The notes: generated by a model from the sequence alone, not told the origin. A DNA stretch of 64,000 bases from an uncultured virus (IMG/VR IMGVR_UViG_3300007747_000151) (IMGVR_UViG_3300007747_000151), one strand, 5' to 3'. Shown: positions 27,955-38,070, numbered from the stretch's first letter. Numbers and translations are program-made.

Positions 27955-28455
27955 GTGATAGCCGAATTATCTGCTGCTATGACAGCCATCAAAGAGACTG
28001 CTGGTCTTGTTAAAGTTATTAATGACTCAAAAACAGATGTCGAAATTAAAGCTGCAACCATTGATCTTCAGAACAAGCTAATTACTCTTCAGGCTGAATG
28101 TTTCTCACTTGGTGAAGTTATCCGTGTTCGTGATGAACAAGTAGAACATCTCAAGGGAAAAATTGCGGAGTACGAGGATTTTGAAATTAAAACAGATGGT
28201 TATATTCTAAAGCAGCTTGATTCTGGAACTTTAGTTTATGCTAAAGAGCAGATCATAGGTGGGGTAAAAATAACTGTTCATCTTTGCCCTCAATGCTATT
28301 CGAAAAAAGTTGTATCGATGCTTCAGCCCACATGTGAAACCTTTTACGATCCTCATACAGATACATATTTTTATCAAAATCGTTGTAATTGTTGCAGTTC
28401 CTTATATTCAATGAATAAGTCAGATTACAAACCAGAAGATTTTGTCTATGTCTGA
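27955..28455 (+). CDS. Moron antisense to the PL operon; coiled coil plus CxxC Zn ribbon
   Basis: 166 aa; LCPQC...RCNCC; flanked by a perfect 16-bp inverted repeat. Confidence 0.75.
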   Translation: MIAELSAAMTAIKETAGLVKVINDSKTDVEIKAATIDLQNKLITLQAECFSLGEVIRVRDEQVEHLKGKIAEYEDFEIKTDGYILKQLDSGTLVYAKEQIIGGVKITVHLCPQCYSKKVVSMLQPTCETFYDPHTDTYFYQNRCNCCSSLYSMNKSDYKPEDFVYV

Positions 28456-28471
28456 TAGGGATATCTAGATT

Positions 28472-28483
28472 TTTAAAGAGCGA
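28472..28483 (-). promoter_or_regulatory. boxA antitermination element in the PL leader
   Basis: Minus strand TCGCTCTTTAAA. Confidence 0.65.
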
Positions 28484-28588
28484 AACGCCCTAAGCGGCGC
28501 ATTTTCATATCAGCGAATCATTCGGTTCTTCATACGCCACCGGCGGCTACTTCGTGGGCGTCCTGCCTGTTCGCTGTTGATGTGATTA

Positions 28589-28641
28589 ATGTAGGGTAAC
28601 TTACATCGAAAGGTCAAGTAAAAATGTTGGATAACTTACAT
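28589..28641 (-). promoter_or_regulatory. PL promoter and OL operators
   Basis: ATGTAGGGTAACTTACAT (28589-28606) and ATGTTGGATAACTTACAT (28624-28641); minus-strand TTGACC-18-TACATT. Confidence 0.7.
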
Positions 28642-28675
28642 TGAGGGGTGAAAAAAAACCGGGGAACCCGGTTTC

Positions 28676-29332
28676 TTATAAATCCATTATTACCTGTTTT
28701 ACTAACCCTACCAATCGGCAGTTGCCATTGACCTCTAACATCCTGTAATTAGGATTGAGAGGTACCAGGTATTTCAGCGGACCATCGATGACAAACTTTT
28801 TAATGGTTGCCTCATCGCTACCAATGAGCTGAGCAATGACAATTTTGCCATTAGCTTGGTTAGCATCTCCAAAATCAGGTTCAACGACGACAATTGACCC
28901 CTCCGGAATGCTTGGGGCGCCGGTTGGGTTGGTCATCGAATCACCACGAACAATTAGAGCGAATGCGTTCTCAGAGACGGCTGCTGAGGTGTAGACCCAG
29001 TCCCGAATATCACGTTCTGTTATTGCACCGCTATTAGCCGTCCATTCACCGGCCTGAACCCATGTAAGCACTGGGACTGACCTAATTCCGAATCTTTGTT
29101 CTGGGTTTATGGTTGGAGGTTGCTGGCTCTCATCATCCTTGCCTTCCAATAGCCACTGCGGTGTCTTTTCTAATGCAGCCGAAAGCGCCTGGAGGTTTTC
29201 ACCGCCGGGTTTGTAGTCACCTGACTCCCAGCCGGTGATGGTGACGCGATTAACCCCGACGAGCTTTGCCAGAACGGCTTGCGTCATCTTTAGCTCTTTG
29301 CGTCTGCTTCGGATTCGATCATTCATTTTCAT
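28676..29332 (-). CDS. cI: CI-type repressor (HTH + S24 peptidase)
   Basis: MTQAVLAKLVGVNRVTITGWESG HTH; VQAG cleavage site, GDSM and TIKK motifs. Confidence 0.93.
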   Translation of the reverse strand: MKMNDRIRSRRKELKMTQAVLAKLVGVNRVTITGWESGDYKPGGENLQALSAALEKTPQWLLEGKDDESQQPPTINPEQRFGIRSVPVLTWVQAGEWTANSGAITERDIRDWVYTSAAVSENAFALIVRGDSMTNPTGAPSIPEGSIVVVEPDFGDANQANGKIVIAQLIGSDEATIKKFVIDGPLKYLVPLNPNYRMLEVNGNCRLVGLVKQVIMDL

Positions 29333-29397
29333 GTAGGCAATCCTACCACTTTCCGATGTAGGAGTGCTTGACCATAATATGTAAGATATCCTACTAT
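29331..29397 (+). promoter_or_regulatory. OR operators and PR promoter
   Basis: ATGTAGGCAATCCTAC and ATGTAAGATATCCTAC share the OL consensus; TTGACC-18-TACTAT. Confidence 0.7.
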
Positions 29398-29431
29398 CAT
29401 CGCACTGCATTACCTAACTCCAGAGGGAAAA

Positions 29432-29629
29432 ATGAAAAAAAGTGACGTTATTTCTTACTTCGGGGGCGTCGGGAAAACCGCTAAGGCGCTGAATATCTCT
29501 CACGCTTCCGTATCAGGTTGGGATGAGGTTATCCCAAAAGGGCGGGCGTTTGAGATACAGGCGCTTACGAAAGGTGATTTGAAAGTTGACCAATCACTTT
29601 ATGAGAAGCGTAGCCACTCGGTCGCATGA
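29432..29629 (+). CDS. cro: Cro-like repressor
   Basis: VISYFGGVGKTAKALNISHASVSGW..VIP..RA; divergent from cI. Confidence 0.9.
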   Translation: MKKSDVISYFGGVGKTAKALNISHASVSGWDEVIPKGRAFEIQALTKGDLKVDQSLYEKRSHSVA

Positions 29630-29657
29630 TTAAAACCACAGAAGTAAGGGGTAAGCC

Positions 29658-30215
29658 GTGGGTAATGAGCCAATCTGGAAAGTAGAGCGTCAACCAGCCT
29701 GGCTGGTGGCCGCGATCAAGAAAACGATTACTGAACTGCCAGGAGGTTATGCCGAGGCAGCTGAATGGCTGGGTGTAACTGAAAATGCCTTATTCAACCG
29801 CCTGCGCGTCGATGGTGATCAGATCTTCCCGCTTGGATGGGCGATGGTGCTGCAGCGTGCTGGTGGTTCAAGTCATATCGCTGACGCGGTAGCGCGCCAA
29901 GCCGGCGGTGTTTTTGTTCCGCTGGCGGATATTGAAGAAGTGGATAACGCGGATATCAATCAGCGCCTGCTTGAGGTTATCGAACAGATTACAGTCTATT
30001 CGCAACAGATTCGCGCAGCGATCGAAGATGGTGTGATTGAGCCGCATGAACGGGCGGCGATCGATGGGGAGCTCTATAGCTCTATTCAAAAACTTCAGGA
30101 GCATTCGGCTCTTGTTTATCGCATTTTCTGTCAGCCAGAAAAGAATGACGCCCGCGAGTGTGCAGCTCCGGGCGTCGTGGCGAATAAATCAATGTGTATG
30201 GAGAAATCCGCATGA
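29658..30215 (+). CDS. YmfL-family (CII-position) regulator
   Basis: [39 protein letters not shown]. Confidence 0.85.
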   Translation: MGNEPIWKVERQPAWLVAAIKKTITELPGGYAEAAEWLGVTENALFNRLRVDGDQIFPLGWAMVLQRAGGSSHIADAVARQAGGVFVPLADIEEVDNADINQRLLEVIEQITVYSQQIRAAIEDGVIEPHERAAIDGELYSSIQKLQEHSALVYRIFCQPEKNDARECAAPGVVANKSMCMEKSA

Positions 30216-30338
30216 GCAATTTAACCGCAAATAATCCGTATTGCTATGCCGTAAGAATACCGGGCGGATGGGCCCAAGTTAACCACAGCTTTACCGAATG
30301 GGCTGTGGGGGACTTTATTGCAAAGGGAGGGAAGCAGA

Positions 30339-31058
30339 ATGGCGCAGCAGGTAAATAACCAGCCGACTTCATCTTTAGTTAATGCCTCTCCTTACATCGC
30401 TGGCGCCGCTACCATGAGCAGCCGTGAGATATCTTCTCTCACTGGCAAGCAGCATAAGCATGTGGTGCGTGACATCGAAGCGATGATGGAGCAGTTGGGA
30501 GAGTCACTGGAGGGGTATGCCCATTATTGGACACACCCCCAAAACCACCAGCAATACCGGGAATACCGCCTCGACCGTGAGCATACAGAATGTTTAATCG
30601 CGGGGTACAGCGCGCCGCTACGCATGAAGATTATCCGTCGTTTGCGTGAGCTTGAGGGAAGCGCCAACGCTATACCGCAAACATTGCCAGAGGCACTTCG
30701 CCTGGCGGCCGACATGGCTGAAAGAAATGCGAAGCTCTCACTTAAGGTCCAGCAGGACGCGCCCAAGGTGGCGTTTGTGAATCAGTATGTCGAAGCCGGC
30801 GGTACCAAAAGCCTGCGTGAAACCGCAAAAATCCTGAACATGCCGGAAAAGGCCATGATCGACACGCTTCTGCGTGACAAGGTGCTGTTCCGTCAGTCCG
30901 GCAACTTGCTACCTCATGCCCTGCATCAGCGCGAAGGCCTGTTTACCGTCAAAACTGGTACATCTGATTATGGCCATGCCTACACCCAAACCCGAGTAAC
31001 TCCCCGCGGCGTCCAGTGGATAGCACAGCGTTACGCTTCTGAACTGATGGGAGGTTGA
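30339..31058 (+). CDS. Rha-domain / KilAC antirepressor-like protein
   Basis: [20 protein letters not shown] (Rha); [13 protein letters not shown]...APKVAF...TRVTPRG (KilAC). Confidence 0.85.
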   Translation: MAQQVNNQPTSSLVNASPYIAGAATMSSREISSLTGKQHKHVVRDIEAMMEQLGESLEGYAHYWTHPQNHQQYREYRLDREHTECLIAGYSAPLRMKIIRRLRELEGSANAIPQTLPEALRLAADMAERNAKLSLKVQQDAPKVAFVNQYVEAGGTKSLRETAKILNMPEKAMIDTLLRDKVLFRQSGNLLPHALHQREGLFTVKTGTSDYGHAYTQTRVTPRGVQWIAQRYASELMGG

Positions 31059-31059
31059 T

Positions 31060-31239
31060 TTGGAAGAGAATATTCAACCAATGGACCGCCTTTATCGTGA
31101 TCAGCACGGCATTGTTGTGCATGTGACTGGCTATGACGCTGGCCGCCAGCGTGTGATTTACCGCCGCCCGGGATATGAGTGGGAGTGTGTGGCTCCGATG
31201 ATCATCTTCCGCGCCAGATTCAAGAGGATTGATAAGTGA
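31060..31239 (+). CDS. DUF4222-like small protein (below ORF-track cutoff)
   Basis: Manual translation ...DRLYRDQHGIVVHVTGYD..RQRVIYRRPGYEWEC..P...F..RFKR; coupled to the rep start. Confidence 0.7.
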   Translation: MEENIQPMDRLYRDQHGIVVHVTGYDAGRQRVIYRRPGYEWECVAPMIIFRARFKRIDK

Positions 31240-32285
31240 GCGTCAAATTATCCGCATATGTCTGGGATGGTTGCGCCGCTGCAGGCATCAAAGGCAATAA
31301 GTTATTGATCATGCTGCGTCTGGCTGACTATGCCAGCGATGAGGGCATCGCATACCCAAGCGTTGCGACTATTGCGCGCCAGCTAGGCGCCGGGCGCAGT
31401 ACCGTTATTACTTTGATCGGCGAGCTGGTTAAAGATGGCTGGCTGACCAAAAAAGAACGTCGCCTGGGCCAGCGCAGCACCAGCAACCTTTACACCCTGA
31501 ACGTTACCAAGCTTCGTCAGGCTGCAAATGAACATTATGAGGGTCCAAAATCTGGACGTTCAGAATCTGAACCTTCGGAATCTGGACGTCCAGAATCTGA
31601 ACGTCCGAAAGAGCCAAAAAATCAGGGTTCTCAGGGTCCAGAAACTGGACACGATCCGTCAGTAAATTCAAATACAGATCCATCAGTAGGATCTAAACCT
31701 TCTTGTCCGGTTCCTGCGGAACCAGACCCGCAAGTGGTTCTCACTGATTTAGCGAAACAGGTTCTGTCCCATTTGAACCAAACGACAGGATCCCGCTTTC
31801 AGGTTTGTGCTACGTCGCTAGAACACATCAGGGCTCGCCTCCGCGAAGGCTTTACCGTTGCGGAAATGGCGCTGGTGGTGGATTACAAAAACGAGGACTG
31901 GAAAGACTCAGAGCAGGAGGAGTATCTCCGTCCAACAACCCTGTTCATCCCGAAAAATTTTCCAGGCTATCTCAAGCGCGCTGGGAATTGGGACAAGGCA
32001 GGGCGCCCGGCGAAGAAAAACGGTAAGTGGGAGAAGGGCACCAATTCATCCACCAGCGCCAGCTTCAGCCAGGATGTAGGCGTCGATATTGCCGAACGTG
32101 ATCTTGCCTGGCGTCGGTACCACGGCCTTGAAACTGATAACGAGCGGAAGAGCGAAATCGAGGTAAAGGTTCGCGAGAGGGCCGATCGCGATGGGCTGAA
32201 AGCAAAGGGGCATGACCATGGTTTAGCTCAGTTTGGATGGAACAATATCTGGTCTGTAGTGGCCAAGAACGGAGGAGCGGCATGA
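31236..32285 (+). CDS. Phage replication initiator (HTH + conserved phage C-terminal domain)
   Basis: LLIMLRLADYA..EG.AYPSV.TIA; VLSHLNQTTG...YLRPTTLF. Confidence 0.85.
   Translation: MSVKLSAYVWDGCAAAGIKGNKLLIMLRLADYASDEGIAYPSVATIARQLGAGRSTVITLIGELVKDGWLTKKERRLGQRSTSNLYTLNVTKLRQAANEHYEGPKSGRSESEPSESGRPESERPKEPKNQGSQGPETGHDPSVNSNTDPSVGSKPSCPVPAEPDPQVVLTDLAKQVLSHLNQTTGSRFQVCATSLEHIRARLREGFTVAEMALVVDYKNEDWKDSEQEEYLRPTTLFIPKNFPGYLKRAGNWDKAGRPAKKNGKWEKGTNSSTSASFSQDVGVDIAERDLAWRRYHGLETDNERKSEIEVKVRERADRDGLKAKGHDHGLAQFGWNNIWSVVAKNGGAA
31546..31653 (+). repeat. Iterons of the phage replication origin inside rep
   Basis: Four tandem 15-mers C(A/G)(A/G)AATCTG(A/G)AC(G/C)T(T/C) at 31546-31605 and a variant at 31639. 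Confidence 0.7.
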
Positions 32286-33601
32286 ATCTTAGTCCTTACA
32301 GCCAGGCACTGGCGAAGCTGCGCGCCCGGGAAGCACATTATTTGAAAGAAGTAGGTGATCAGTGGCGGACGCCGGATCTGTTGTTCTGGGGGGTTAACGC
32401 TATGTTTGGTCCGCTGGTCCTGGATTTGTTTGCCGACGATAGCAACGCCAAATGCCCGGCATGGTACACCGCTGAAGTTAACGCATTAACGCAGGACTGG
32501 TCTGATCGGCTGGCTGAGCTCGGTGGCGCAGCCTTTGGCAACCCACCGTATAGCCGTTCTCAGTATCATGAAAAGCAGGCTATTACGGGCATGACGCACA
32601 TCATGAGTTATGCGTCTCAGCAGCGCGAAAACGGCGGTCGCTACGTTTTCCTGTTGAAGTCAGCAACGAGTGAGACATGGTGGCCTGAAGATGCCGATCA
32701 CGTCTGTTTTATCCGTGGCCGTATTGGCTTCGATCTGCCGACCTGGTTTGTGCCGGCGGATGATAAACAGAAACCCACCAGCGCCTTCTTTGCTGGCGCG
32801 ATAGTGATCTTCGATAAGTCCTGGCGCGGCGAGCGTTTTAGCTATATCGATCGTGTCGATCTGGAAGCAAAAGGGCGCGCAAGTATGGCGCTGGCACAGT
32901 TCGCAGTCGGTAAGCAGGCTCAGCCAGTAGAAACGAAAACAATCCCGAAAACCGCGGTTGAAACCGAGATACCGCTGCAGCAGCTGGCAATCCTCGATCA
33001 GAGTGGTATTCAGGCATGGGCCTGTGTAGTAGCAGCCTTTGGCGATAAGCCAGAGTATACCTTTGCCGAATCTAAGTTCGGGCATACATGGGCGGCGGAT
33101 TCCGTAGATAAACCAGAGATTACTCCGGTGCATCCTGATGTAATTGCAAAGGCTCAATCTTTAATTGCCTATAAAAATTCGCTAGAGGCGCTGGTGGGAT
33201 GGCTGAACGATGAAGAATTCGAATCTGATGCTGCCCGGTCTGAAACTATCGAGCGCATGAGTTCTGTCTTTAGTGAGTTTGCGGATGAATGCAAGGTCAC
33301 GGACTTTATTGTCATTGTAGCTAATCTGGAAAAGTCGAATTGGTTCAATAGCCGAGTGATCCGCAACCATGTTCGTAAAAATATCACTCCAGCCGTTGAG
33401 AATCAGGTAGAAGCACGGATCTGGCCTTTGGAAGTTAATCTGGTTTTTGAACAGGTGGATGGTGCTTCAGAACTGGGTGAGCCTCAGCAAAATAAGGTAA
33501 AGGCCCAGATTAATCAGCTCTGGCTGGAGCGCATGGCAAAGGATGAAATTATTGCATTGGCAGCCGGTATGGTGAGTGAGCTATCAGGAGTAGCGGCATG
33601 A
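32282..33601 (+). CDS. Phage N6-adenine DNA methyltransferase (Dam family) with long C-terminal extension
   Basis: DQWRTP, LDLFAD, NPPYS, GRIGF motifs in the first ~200 aa. Confidence 0.88.
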   Translation: MNLSPYSQALAKLRAREAHYLKEVGDQWRTPDLLFWGVNAMFGPLVLDLFADDSNAKCPAWYTAEVNALTQDWSDRLAELGGAAFGNPPYSRSQYHEKQAITGMTHIMSYASQQRENGGRYVFLLKSATSETWWPEDADHVCFIRGRIGFDLPTWFVPADDKQKPTSAFFAGAIVIFDKSWRGERFSYIDRVDLEAKGRASMALAQFAVGKQAQPVETKTIPKTAVETEIPLQQLAILDQSGIQAWACVVAAFGDKPEYTFAESKFGHTWAADSVDKPEITPVHPDVIAKAQSLIAYKNSLEALVGWLNDEEFESDAARSETIERMSSVFSEFADECKVTDFIVIVANLEKSNWFNSRVIRNHVRKNITPAVENQVEARIWPLEVNLVFEQVDGASELGEPQQNKVKAQINQLWLERMAKDEIIALAAGMVSELSGVAA

Positions 33602-34653
33602 GAGCGCTGCTAACTCCTGAAGTGGTGCCACGCTTAGGCGTGGTACTGTTTAAGCCAGGTAAGGAACTGATGAGGCTTTTCCGCAATGGGAGGGTGCTCA
33701 TCGAGTCTGAGCCAAAAAGTATGGCGGGGCTGGAGGCTGGTGCCGTTCCTGACGCGCGCCAGCCACTGGCTGGGGATAAGGAGCTGGAGGCGTTTTTTAC
33801 CAATGAAAGGGTAATAAAAGCGGCAGGCGGCCTGCCAGCCCTTGAATACTGGCTGGAGCGCAATAAACGCGAATGTCAGTTTCGCCATTCTGATTATCAC
33901 CACAAAGAACTGGCGACCATGCGTCATCCTCCGGGAGCGATTCAACTCTGTTGGTATTGCGACACGCGCCTGCGGGAACAAACAACGAAAACCCTCAGCG
34001 ATCTGGCTCGCCGTAATGTTGTCGATTGGATCATTGATACAGCGATTTTGGATCTGCAATTGGGCCTCGAAAGAGAGTTATCCCTCGCAGAGCTGTGCTG
34101 GTGGGCAGTATATGCTGGCGTCGCCGATGAGATAACCGAGACGATGGCCCAGCGCGGTCTTCGCTTACCAGAAGATAAATTCCAGTCCGTATATAAAGAA
34201 AGCGACATCCGGCCTTCAGTAGCTGCCACCAGCATTTTGCGGGAAAAGTTACCTACAGATGCGCCAAAGAAAAACGGCCACAGCCAAAACGCCCTGGCGC
34301 TGCCAGAGCAGCCGAAGGTTCTGTCGCTGGCTGTCGATCCTGAGTCGCCTGAATCCTTCATGCTGAAACCTAAGCGCCGGCGTTGGGTTAACCAGACTTA
34401 CACCGACTGGGTGAAGCGGCAGCCATGCGAGTGCTGTCGCCGCCCCGCAGATGATCCGCATCATGTCATCGGGCATGGCATGGGCGGTACCGCAACCAAA
34501 GCCCACGATCTCTTCGTGTTCCCTCTGTGCAGAGAGTGTCACGACGAGCTACATGCCAACGTAGTAGCGTTCGAAGAGAAGCACGGCACGCAGCTGGAGC
34601 TGCTGTTTCGCTTTCTCGATCGAGCGCTGGCAATCGGCGTTATTACTGAATAA
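33598..34653 (+). CDS. DUF968 (YdfU-like) protein
   Basis: MRALLTP...GVVLFKPG; C-terminal CECC...DDPHH...PLCRECHDELH. Confidence 0.88.
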   Translation: MRALLTPEVVPRLGVVLFKPGKELMRLFRNGRVLIESEPKSMAGLEAGAVPDARQPLAGDKELEAFFTNERVIKAAGGLPALEYWLERNKRECQFRHSDYHHKELATMRHPPGAIQLCWYCDTRLREQTTKTLSDLARRNVVDWIIDTAILDLQLGLERELSLAELCWWAVYAGVADEITETMAQRGLRLPEDKFQSVYKESDIRPSVAATSILREKLPTDAPKKNGHSQNALALPEQPKVLSLAVDPESPESFMLKPKRRRWVNQTYTDWVKRQPCECCRRPADDPHHVIGHGMGGTATKAHDLFVFPLCRECHDELHANVVAFEEKHGTQLELLFRFLDRALAIGVITE

Positions 34654-34670
34654 GTGTATGGAGAGAATTA

Positions 34671-35018
34671 ATGCGTGATATGTACGAAGTAATGGATTTA
34701 TGGGGAGCATGGGCGGCTGCTGATAGCAGCGGTGTTGACTGGCAACCAATAGCTGCTGGTTTTAGGGGGCTACTACCACATGGTAAAAAAACACGTCTGC
34801 AATGCAATGATGATGAAGGTATCATGATTGACGGTTGTGTAACTCGACTGCGGAAGCACAAGCCGGAAGAATATGAACTAGTTATTGCACATTTTGTGGT
34901 TGGTATATCATTACGAATGATTGCAAAGAAAATGAATTGTTCTGATGGAACCGTTAGACATAAGTTACAATCTGGGTTGGGCTTTATTTCCGGAGTAATG
35001 GCGATGATAAAGGAATAA
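34671..35018 (+). CDS. Q: Late antiterminator Q
   Basis: MRDMYEVMDLWGAWAA...IAAGFRGLLP...CNDDEG; upstream of the lysis cassette. Confidence 0.85.
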   Translation: MRDMYEVMDLWGAWAAADSSGVDWQPIAAGFRGLLPHGKKTRLQCNDDEGIMIDGCVTRLRKHKPEEYELVIAHFVVGISLRMIAKKMNCSDGTVRHKLQSGLGFISGVMAMIKE

Positions 35019-35020
35019 AA

Positions 35021-35926
35021 ATGCAAAATGATACTGAATATGATTCTTTTTCTACTAAAGATTTCACGGTTGAAGTCTATGAAGAATTACTGGATGAATT
35101 TGATGCTGTAATGTGTGAAGCCTTATCTATGAATCAATTTACAGCAGGTCGATATGTTGCGCCTCATATTGGTTATGGCTCTCAAATATTTACAAGGTTA
35201 TGCATTCATGGGGAATGCTTGTTAAGTTCTGCGCCAATGTCAAGATGGTTCAAAAAAGACTTCCACTTTTGGGATTTAAGTTGCATAGCTCCGCATGTGA
35301 GGGCAATCATGGAGGGGTATCTGTTATATATGTATATTTCGGAAGAGCCTCTTTCAGAAAATGAATGGAAGGCAAAGCTATGGACTATGCATATGAATGA
35401 TTGCAGTAAGCGATTGAAGCTCATGCAGTCGATGGGGGATTTTGAAAAAGCCAATTTCTTTGAGACTGAACGAGCTAAGATTAGCGATGAGTTAAATTCT
35501 AATCGATTTTTCCTTGAGTTACCATCTTCAGTAAGAAAAGGTTGTCTTAACGGTAAGTATTTGATGATTTATCCTAGGGATGAGTTGGTTTTAAAATACG
35601 GACTAAATAAGAATGTATTTGATAATATGTTTGATATATTATCTAATTATATTCATATACTACCTATTTCATACTATAGTCATGAGGCAAATAAAAGAGG
35701 CTCAGGCCTTTTTAATGATACTGACTTGGGATACATGTGTATGTGCCTAGGCATAGTCATACATTTAATGCGTACATGTAATGACAGGTTAGAAGTTTTT
35801 TTCCCTGATTCAGGTGTGTGCCGAAAAGGAAAAAAATCTACGTTCTCTCCTGGTCCTAAGGAGAATCTACCCCAGCTTGTGAGAGAGCGTCAAAACAGAA
35901 ATAAAAAAAAGAAAAGAAAAAAATAA
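35021..35926 (+). CDS. AT-rich moron between Q and the late promoter (DUF5677-like)
   Basis: 301 aa; VRAIME and LSNYIH motifs; basic C-terminal tail. Confidence 0.65.
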   Translation: MQNDTEYDSFSTKDFTVEVYEELLDEFDAVMCEALSMNQFTAGRYVAPHIGYGSQIFTRLCIHGECLLSSAPMSRWFKKDFHFWDLSCIAPHVRAIMEGYLLYMYISEEPLSENEWKAKLWTMHMNDCSKRLKLMQSMGDFEKANFFETERAKISDELNSNRFFLELPSSVRKGCLNGKYLMIYPRDELVLKYGLNKNVFDNMFDILSNYIHILPISYYSHEANKRGSGLFNDTDLGYMCMCLGIVIHLMRTCNDRLEVFFPDSGVCRKGKKSTFSPGPKENLPQLVRERQNRNKKKKRKK

Positions 35927-35993
35927 CGCGTACGCAAAAAATATAGTATTCTGCTAAGAATGGTCACTTAGACACAAACTTAAAAGAATTCAT

Positions 35994-36017
35994 AGCCTCG
36001 CTTCGGCGGGGTTTTTA
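35994..36017 (+). terminator. tR'-like terminator
   Basis: AGCCTCGC-TTCG-GCGGGGTT followed by a T run. Confidence 0.7.
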
Positions 36018-36097
36018 CTTAATGCCGCTTGTAGTTTTTCTAACGCCATATGAATCCAAACCTGCTTATACTCCACACACCAAGTGAAGGAGAAGCT

Positions 36098-36286
36098 ATG
36101 AAAGAAGGCTATTACTGGATTCAGCACGGCGGAATTGTGCAAGTTGCGTACTTCACGCCGGAAGAGTTTGAAGATATTGAAACCGGCAAGATAGTTATTG
36201 GTGTATGGCATCTGGCCATGAATGACGACATTTGCCACAACGGTGAAGCAGAGGTGCTCGAAGGGCCGCTGATTCCGCCGCAATAA
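36098..36286 (+). CDS. Small conserved phage protein
   Basis: RBS AAGGAG then MKEGYYWIQH...VQVAYF...ICHNGEAEVL.GPL. Confidence 0.65.
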   Translation: MKEGYYWIQHGGIVQVAYFTPEEFEDIETGKIVIGVWHLAMNDDICHNGEAEVLEGPLIPPQ

Positions 36287-36433
36287 AAACACCAAATACT
36301 CAATCCCTGGCTTCCGCCGGGGATTTTCATTTTCAGGCTCCGGGAATCACTTCTTACATCCCCCTTTTACCTAAGAGCCCGTGAGCCTGATCCCTTCCAA
36401 CACACAGCACCCGCCACGCAGCGAGGTGAGAGC

Positions 36434-36649
36434 ATGTATCGAATGGACAAACTGACTACAGGCATTGCCTACGGTGCGTCAGCCGGTAACGCCGGATTCT
36501 GGGTGCTTCAGTTGCTGGACAGAGTCAGCCCGTCGCAATGGGCTGCCATCGGCGTTCTCGGAAGTCTGATGTTTGGCCTGATGACGTACCTGACAAACCT
36601 CTATTTCAAAATCAAAGATGATCGGCGAAAGGCCGCGCGGGGTGAGTGA
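36434..36649 (+). CDS. Class II holin (phage 21 S-like pinholin, dual start M-Y-R-M)
   Basis: [15 protein letters not shown]...[14 protein letters not shown]...TNLYFKIK. Confidence 0.92.
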   Translation: MYRMDKLTTGIAYGASAGNAGFWVLQLLDRVSPSQWAAIGVLGSLMFGLMTYLTNLYFKIKDDRRKAARGE

Positions 36650-37176
36650 TGACGAACAAAGTAAAGTTTAGCGCTGCCATGCTGGCGCTTCTCGCTGCCG
36701 GAGCAACAGCACCAGAATTGTTTGACCAGTTCATGAGTGAGAAAGAAGGTAATGCGCTAGTGGCTGTCGTTGATCCTGGCGGCGTCTGGTCGTTATGTCA
36801 TGGCGTTATCTTTATCGATGGCAAGCGTGTCGTAAAAGGTATGACGGCGACTGAGTCTCAATGTCGAAAAGTGAATGCAATCGAGCGTGATAAGGCGCTG
36901 TCGTGGGTTGACCGCAATATCAATGTTCCCCTGACCGAGCCGCAAAAAGTCGGTATTGCGTCATTCTGCCCATACAACATCGGCCCAGGTAAATGCTTTC
37001 CTTCGACGTTTTATAAGCGCATCAATGCAGGTGACCGTAAAGGGGCATGCGAAGCAATCCGCTGGTGGATTAAGGACGGTGGGAAGGATTGCCGCATACG
37101 CTCTAATAACTGCTACGGGCAGGTAACTCGCCGGGATCAGGAAAGTGCGCTGACGTGCTGGGGGATTGACCAGTGA
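36646..37176 (+). CDS. SAR endolysin (lysozyme)
   Basis: Ala-rich N-terminal SAR segment; EKEG...[20 protein letters not shown]. Confidence 0.9.
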   Translation: MMTNKVKFSAAMLALLAAGATAPELFDQFMSEKEGNALVAVVDPGGVWSLCHGVIFIDGKRVVKGMTATESQCRKVNAIERDKALSWVDRNINVPLTEPQKVGIASFCPYNIGPGKCFPSTFYKRINAGDRKGACEAIRWWIKDGGKDCRIRSNNCYGQVTRRDQESALTCWGIDQ

Positions 37177-37685
37177 ATGCAACTTACTTAAAGCCAGCTA
37201 TCGCCGCGGTGATTATTGCTGGTGCCTTTGTTGCTGGTTTAGCCTGGAGCGATCGGGCATGGGAAAAGCGGTGGGCAGAACGTGATAGCGCCGAATCGGC
37301 TCAGGAAGTTAACGCGCAAACCGCCGCCCGGATGATTGAACAGGGGCGCTTGATCGCCCGCGATGAGGCCGTAAAAGATGCTCAAGCCCAAACCGCTGCA
37401 GCGCGCGCTGCTGCCGCTAATCTCTCTGGCACTGTTAACCAGCTGCGTCAGCAGGCAAAACACCTTGCCACGCGCCTGGACGCCGCAAAGCACACCGCAG
37501 GTCTCGCCGCTACCGTCAGAAGCAAAACAACCGGCGCAACCGCCGGAATGCTCGCCGACATGCTTGGAGACCTTGCAGAAGAAGCTCGACGGTATGCTTC
37601 AATCGCTGACGAACGCTACACAGCAGGGATGACCTGCGAGCGGATTTACGAATCGGTGAGAACGTCTGTCCCCGATAAGGGTTAA
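37173..37685 (+). CDS. DUF2514-family inner-membrane spanin (Rz-like)
   Basis: N-terminal TM segment, coiled coil, C-terminal AGMTCERIY. Confidence 0.8.
   Translation: MNATYLKPAIAAVIIAGAFVAGLAWSDRAWEKRWAERDSAESAQEVNAQTAARMIEQGRLIARDEAVKDAQAQTAAARAAAANLSGTVNQLRQQAKHLATRLDAAKHTAGLAATVRSKTTGATAGMLADMLGDLAEEARRYASIADERYTAGMTCERIYESVRTSVPDKG
37378..37632 (+). CDS. Embedded outer-membrane lipoprotein spanin (Rz1-like)
   Basis: +1 frame inside Rz; lipobox LLTSC; Pro-rich; two further Cys. Confidence 0.75.
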   Translation: MLKPKPLQRALLPLISLALLTSCVSRQNTLPRAWTPQSTPQVSPLPSEAKQPAQPPECSPTCLETLQKKLDGMLQSLTNATQQG

Positions 37686-37737
37686 ACAGTGAATCAGCCT
37701 CGAGTTATCGGGGCTTTGTTATTTGTGAAGGTACGTG

Positions 37738-38070
37738 ATGAAAAACATCAAGATTGAATACGTTAATAACGTGCTGGTGGCGCTTGAGTATAACGGCGTG
37801 TCTTACACGCATCTGCCAGTGTCATCTATCCATTTCGATCATACGGCTAAGATTTTCCCGCATCTCAAGATTGAGATTGAAGCTGGTGGCGCACCATTCA
37901 CACCCGCAGCGCCATCGCAACCACAACCGGCAGAGCCGGAACAGCCACCAGCTTCTGTAGAAGAAGTGCAGCCAGCAAAAGAAGGTGAGCTCTTGCCGCC
38001 GGGTGATACTACGCCACGACCGGCGCGCCGTCCCCGTCATCGCAACCGTAACCGTAACCGGAGCCAGTAA
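37738..38070 (+). CDS. Hypothetical protein, Pro-rich linker and Arg-rich tail
   Basis: ORF coupled (TAATG) to the next gene; ends RPARRPRHRNRNRNRSQ. Confidence 0.6.
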   Translation: MKNIKIEYVNNVLVALEYNGVSYTHLPVSSIHFDHTAKIFPHLKIEIEAGGAPFTPAAPSQPQPAEPEQPPASVEEVQPAKEGELLPPGDTTPRPARRPRHRNRNRNRSQ

